Assembly: GCF_036321535.1 (NCBI RefSeq)
Contig: NC_087437.1
Location: forward strand, 119,786,001 to 119,850,000
Reading direction: 5' to 3'
From: Camelus dromedarius
Lineage: Eukaryota
Length of the DNA stretch: 64,000 nucleotides
The notes under the pieces were generated by a model. The model saw only the letters and a program-made list of their open reading frames with translations. It did not search any database and was not told the DNA's origin. Of this stretch, positions 60,100-64,000 are shown piece by piece (within the stretch, counting starts at the first letter, position 1; the number at the start of each line of letters is the position of its first letter). A program made the position numbers and the translations under genes.

Positions 60100-60380
60100 C
60101 CCTGGAGCCAGCATTCTGGGGTTTGCGCCCAGCAGGGCCGTGTATGCTGGCTGTGTGATCGCGGGCCTGTTTCCTCACCTGCAGATGGGATGGTACCTGC
60201 TGGCGGATGTTCGGATACCAGATACCAGACACCTTTGTCAGTATTTTATGGAGGCTGCCAGTCTCTTCCCTGTGCTGCAGATGAGGACAGTATGCAGTGA
60301 AGAGGGGAAGGGTTTGCCCACAGTCCCAGAGTCCGTGAGAGGCAGAGCCGGGCGTTGAACCAGGAGGCCCCGGGCTCCCC
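60100..60380. mobile_element. Two MIR fragments in opposite orientation
   Basis: cctgtttcctcacctgcagatggga (+) and ccctgtgctgcagatgaggacagt...ttgcccacagtccca...ggcagagccgggcgttgaacc (-). Confidence 0.6.
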
Positions 60381-60869
60381 GGCGTCATGTGCACGTGCCC
60401 CTTGCCGAGGGTTGAGGTGGTCATTCCAGCATCTGGGGCTCAGGGCGGAAATGGCGCCTGGCAGCAGGTGAAGCTGGCATCATCCACACTCTGAGGATGG
60501 GCCATCTGAGACCCGGAGAGGCCAGGAGACCCGCCTGGGGCCCCTCGGTTCCTAGAGAAGGAGCAGAGCCAGGTCCCGGAGCCCCCGCTCAGAAGCCTTT
60601 CCACAGCCGGTCCATCATGACCTTCCAAGCTCTGCAGGGTCGGAGAATGGTCTTCAGGGGCCTCTCTTGGTATTTCCCCCAAACTGACCATCCCACAGTT
60701 CCAGGAGGCTCTGCGTGCGCTGCCCTGGGCCGTGTCGGTCATTGCCAGCGGTCCCCGCACCTGCCCGCATCGTCTCACGACAGCCTGGCCCGCCAAGCCC
60801 CCCACTACCCCGTCCCTTATGCTGACCGTCACCCTCTGCTGGGCTCACAGCCACCTTCCCTTTTCACTC

Positions 60870-60990
60870 CCCTCAGGTGCTGTGTGACCGTGGAAGAACT
60901 CCTCAACCCTCTGAGCCTTAATATCCACAAAATAGGACTAATGACCCCCACCTGTAGAGCTTGCTTTCAGCACCAAAGATCACGTGTTTT
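60870..60990 (+). mobile_element. MIR SINE fragment
   Basis: gctgtgtgaccgtggaagaactcctcaaccctctgagcctta...aaaataggactaatga. Confidence 0.6.
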
Positions 60991-61023
60991 TCAACAAATA
61001 ATGGCAAGAAAAGAGAAGGGGAC

Positions 61024-61026
<3 letters not shown>

Positions 61027-61090
<64 letters not shown>
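61027..61090 (+). repeat. Compound (CT)12-CACT-(CA)18 microsatellite
   Basis: Directly counted, near-perfect. Confidence 0.97.
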
Positions 61091-61094
<4 letters not shown>

Positions 61095-61821
61095 TGTTTT
61101 CAAGTCAGGATCCCAACAAGACCCACACGTTGCGTTCGCTGCCGTCTCCCTCGGTCTCTTTCTGTCCGTATGTCCATCCCCTTTACGTTCCTTGCCGTTT
61201 ATTTGTCGAAGAAGACAGATTACTTCTGATCGTCAGAACACGCCCTCAGGGTAGATGTGAGTCTGAGAAATGAGATTGTTGTCAGTTTCCTTCCTGCGTG
61301 ACAATGGCACACTGGCTGTCTTAAACCGTAAGAAGTAAGATGATGTCTAGAACGAACTTTAAAATAACCCCAGTGGAGGGAGGAGTCGGGCACAGACAGC
61401 AGGCTGGGTCTCGCGCTGACAGCCGGGAGGGAGGGAGGGAGGGGCTCCGTCACGCTGTGCCTGTGCTGTTGTCCGTGTTTCGGTGTCTCCATCACACAGA
61501 CGCTCTTTTTCTTTCTCAGCAAATGTATGTAATGTGTCGGACTCATAGGAGTATGTAGCAATTTTGTTATTATTTTATATTCTTTTCAAACAAGGTGACC
61601 AGAAAAAAATACCTCTTAAATTGGAAAGAGAAATGAGGCCTAATACAGATTTTTATCTAAGCAAACAAAGAGGCAGTGATTGCCTGCCTGGTGGTTATCT
61701 GTGATCTGTCTGAGTGTGACATTGTTATGTGTTCCAAAAACAAGGGGCAAGACGGGATGAACCATATATTCACATTTATACATATCATTTATAATTAGAG
61801 GTGAGTTGCAGATGAATTACG

Positions 61822-61935
61822 TGGCTGGATGGCTGGATGGATGGATGGGTGGAGGGCGGGAGGGCCGGGTGGAGGGATGGATGGGAGGGCTGGATGGATG
61901 GCTGGAGAGAGGGAGGGAGGGGGGGTGGAGGGATG
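61822..61935 (+). repeat. Degenerate (GGAT/GGAG)n tetranucleotide tract
   Basis: Directly visible. Confidence 0.85.
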
Positions 61936-62334
61936 AGTTTGGCTGTTCTGACGGCTGGTGTGGTGGGTTCTAACCCACAGAGCTGGAGCACAGGAACCAG
62001 GTGCCAGACTGAAATACTCTGGTTTGCTTTGAGGGCAGACAAAGCCTTATAAAAGCTTACAGAGGCTAATGTAAAAGCAATAAAAAATGAATCATGGTCT
62101 GATAGACAAAGGGAAAGGAACTTGGATTGGTTTATTCTCTGCTGGGTGGGGGCAGTCTAAATCGATCCTCATTCCAAGTGTGCAGTCGGAAATACCAGTA
62201 GTCTGAGAACAAAGCAGAGACTGTTCACCGTTACGGGGAGCGACAGTGGTGGAGAGGCCAAGAGACCACCGCTGCTTCCCATCCAGATCACCACTGAAAG
62301 CCTGATTTCAACTTTCAGGCACTGCGCGCGTCTC

Positions 62335-62535
62335 TGGGCTTGGAGCGAAGTAGTTCGAGGTTGTATCCAGAGCCACGCTGACCTGGCCAGGCCAGGCTCG
62401 CTCTCTTGGCTCAGAGTCCTCATTTGTGATGGGGATGATGATAACACCAACCAGCGAGGTTCTTACAAGGACCCAGGGTCGCAGGGTATAAGGCGCTTGG
62501 CTCAGCTTCTGGCCCACGCGTGGGCTCAACCTCAG
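62335..62535 (+). mobile_element. MIR SINE
   Basis: ctcagagtcctcatttgtgatggggatgatgataacacc...taaggcgcttggctcagcttctggccca. Confidence 0.6.
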
Positions 62536-62536
62536 T

Positions 62537-62652
62537 TGGTGGAGGTGGCGGCGGCCGTGTTGACGGAGGTGATTGTGGCGGCGGTGGTGTTGGTGTTCAT
62601 GGAGGTGGCTGCGGTGGAAGTGGATCACGGCGGTCATGGCGGAGGCGGCGGG
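62537..62652 (+). repeat. Degenerate (GGT/GGC)n trinucleotide tract at the MIR tail
   Basis: Directly visible. Confidence 0.8.
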
Positions 62653-63214
62653 TAGTGCAGCCTAAAACCAGAGATGCAGAGCTCAGCCTCAGCTTGTTCA
62701 CCCAGGAGGCCGCTTGGGCACTGGTGTCCCCTGATCTGATGGACAGGTCCTGTGCTCGCGGCTGGAGCACAGAGAAGCTGCCCTAGGCCCTGCCCACGAG
62801 GACCTCGCCTTCCAAAGGCTTCCCTCCATGTCCGAGTGAGATCAAATGGATCATTTCACCTATCAAAGTGTTTGAAACCTTGCGTGGCGATCCTGTTAGC
62901 TGGTACGCATTTATACTGATGCGACCCCAGTTTTCACTGCACTTCGGATGTTACTGGACGTGGCTGGTAACCAATACAGGGAGGTCGGTTAGAGCGATCG
63001 GAGCTTTGTGAGTTTGTGCTTTGCGACGGCCATCCCAAGTTATATGTCCCCGTGTCCGAACACGTGAACCACCCAGAGGTGATCACGTGTTGAAGTTCAG
63101 GCCGCGTGTCTTCAGTGCCTCTTGCTTGTGAACATGGCCTTTGAGGGGTCAAGGAGGAGCCTCCTTGTCTCCAGGGAGGACACCCGTGAGTTTCGAAGAG
63201 CCCCTCCTGTCATC

Positions 63215-63400
63215 TCAGCTGCCACTTAACCGAGCACCTCATGCACCCCAGGGCTCTGGATGTCAGGGTGAATCCTCCTAAAACCCTGAGCGGCCTCACT
63301 CTGCAGGTGAAGAGTCAGAGCCTCAGAAAGACTAAGAAACCTGCTCTGGGTCACGCTGGCAAGAGGGGAGGCTGAAAGTAAACCCAGCTCCCTGGCTCCT
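63215..63400 (-). mobile_element. MIR SINE (degenerate)
   Basis: aatcctcctaaaaccctgag...ctctgcaggtgaagagtcagagcctcagaaagactaagaaacctgctctgggtcac. Confidence 0.55.
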
Positions 63401-64000
63401 CCCCACCCACTCCTCTACCCTGCTCATGCTTTGAGCAGCGCACAACCCTGACACCAGCCAAGGGCGACCCTGGGGTTGTGAGACAGTGGGAACCCCTCAG
63501 GCTCCAGCCACCCCAGGGCCCACCCAGGCAGACAGAGCCGCTAAGAGCAGCCACTCCCGAGGTGAGCGTGCTGACCATCCTCATTCCAGGCCCCCGTGCC
63601 CTGATGGCCAAAGAGTTAGTGTAGTAATTTGCACAATTTTAGCAACTGACCTGTTTTTTCCTCAAAAATTTTCACATACAACCCGAATATGTAACGCTTA
63701 CACACAGTTAAGTGGCATGTCTTTGTACCCTGCTATTCTATACATTCAAATTTGTAGCGCCCACTAGAGAATTACTGGGAACAGACAGGGTCCTTGTGTG
63801 AGCACTGAGTTTGAAATTGGGGGTTCAGGGGGGCAGCCGCAGGCTCACGTCGGCCTCAGCATCAGTCAGCCTCGGTTTGTTGTACTGGTCTCCCGAACGC
63901 TGCCCGAGGAGGGCCCTGGCTTGCCCCGGCCCGTGGCCATGGGCGAGACACTCAGGGCTCAGGACAGCAGTCATGGGCAGCCGTCTGGGTGCCAACCAGG

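Noticed and set aside
46612..64000. PDE9A exon 2 (recalled as VIFSKYCNSSDIMDLFC...)
   Set aside because: No matching sequence found by eye, so it probably lies beyond the window. Small alternative exons cannot be excluded.
1..64000. A novel multi-gene system, tRNA/rRNA/snRNA genes or processed pseudogenes
   Set aside because: None recognised. The dense overlapping Pro/Gly/Arg/Ala-rich ORFs are expected from stop-codon scarcity in GC-rich DNA.

Overview
This is GC- and CpG-rich mammalian genomic DNA, not prokaryotic, so nearly all ORFs in the six-frame track are incidental. It holds the last three coding exons and 3' UTR of SLC37A1 (+ strand, stop at 5840), about 39 kb of intergenic DNA, and the CpG-island promoter, first coding exon (46543-46611) and start of intron 1 of PDE9A (+). 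This SLC37A1-PDE9A order is the one known from human chr21 and cattle chr1. The rest is mostly old transposon relics (L1M, L2, MIR, MLT1/MLT2, an ERVL remnant with recognisable RT, MER5/MER20), two younger L1 3' ends, and tandem repeats. The young L1s and the lack of Alu, B1/B2, PRE1, Bov-tA or CHR-2 SINEs suggest a cetartiodactyl, possibly a camelid (inference). I found no convincing new protein-coding system. The best leads are a 55-bp tandem array with CTCF-like motifs just upstream of PDE9A, a 13-bp G-rich minisatellite, the decayed ERVL element with nested insertion, apparent GC-biased drift of ancient repeats, and two SLC37A1 poly(A) signals. Repeat family names come from my recall of consensus sequences, their boundaries are approximate, and they need Dfam/RepeatMasker confirmation.
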